NCBI GenBank assembly: GCA_902530535.1
Contig: CACAAP010000002.1
Location: 255 to 64,254, forward strand
DNA from: an uncultured Candidatus Poseidoniales archaeon
GTDB lineage: Archaea > Thermoplasmatota > Poseidoniia > Poseidoniales > Thalassarchaeaceae
DNA length: 64,000 nucleotides
Reading direction: 5' to 3'
A program made the position numbers and the translations under genes. Under the pieces are notes generated by a model. It was given only the letters and a program-made list of their open reading frames with translations, had not been told where the DNA came from and ran no database searches. Positions 63,949 through 64,000 of this stretch are shown piece after piece (the stretch's first letter is position 1; the number at the start of each line of letters is the position of its first letter).

Positions 63949-64000
63949 TTGCGCAGGCTTTGGGCCAATAATCATCAAGAGCCTCCGGCAGTTAGAGAAT

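Noticed and set aside
1-64000. Search for CRISPR arrays, rRNA, transposases, integrases, toxin-antitoxin pairs or obvious defence genes
   Set aside because: None were recognised. The largest non-coding gaps are about 110-160 nt, and no direct-repeat/spacer periodicity was seen.

Overview
Gene-dense archaeal chromosomal segment with about 60 CDS and 2 tRNAs. I saw no rRNA, CRISPR array, transposase or integrase. The lineage is only inferred: the mix of archaeal core genes and bacterial-type genes suggests a Thermoplasmatota / marine-group-II-like genome, which needs database searches to confirm.

Backbone:
- Chromosome and replication: an smc-scpA-scpB operon, RFC small subunit, and an RPA pair.
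- Energy: a complete A-type ATP synthase operon in the order atpH-I-K-E-C-F-A-B-D.
- RNA and translation: nop5-fibrillarin with a divergent TFS, pelota, GatD, a DRG GTPase, and a cold-shock protein.
- Acyl-CoA metabolism: IcmF-type fused B12 mutase, carboxyltransferase beta subunit, and an acyl-CoA synthetase.
- Isoprenoid genes: GGPP synthase, geranylgeranyl reductase, and a UbiE-like methyltransferase.
- Pantothenate genes: panB and panE.
- Base-excision repair is of bacterial/eukaryotic type: a SMUG1-family UDG, Fpg, and an Endo IV-like TIM barrel.

I did not find a clear defence island or mobile element.

Most unusual loci:
1. An M50 site-2-protease homologue with its HExxH motif replaced, plus a large C-terminal domain, directly after atpD.
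2. A tandem LigB-type dioxygenase pair (one subunit lacks a metal-ligand His) followed by an N-terminally extended RidA protein, resembling an aminophenol meta-cleavage module.
3. A 1223-aa orphan membrane protein with about 30 TM segments.
4. A 2.8-kb low-GC island carrying the RPA genes, next to a triple-SAP-motif protein and a degenerate HemC-like protein.
5. An APC permease fused to an EF-hand pair.
6. A bacterial-type RNase PH abutting a CCA-encoding tRNA.
7. A geranylgeranyl reductase whose FAD-binding N-terminus has no canonical start codon.

All family assignments come from motif recognition by eye and need profile searches to confirm.
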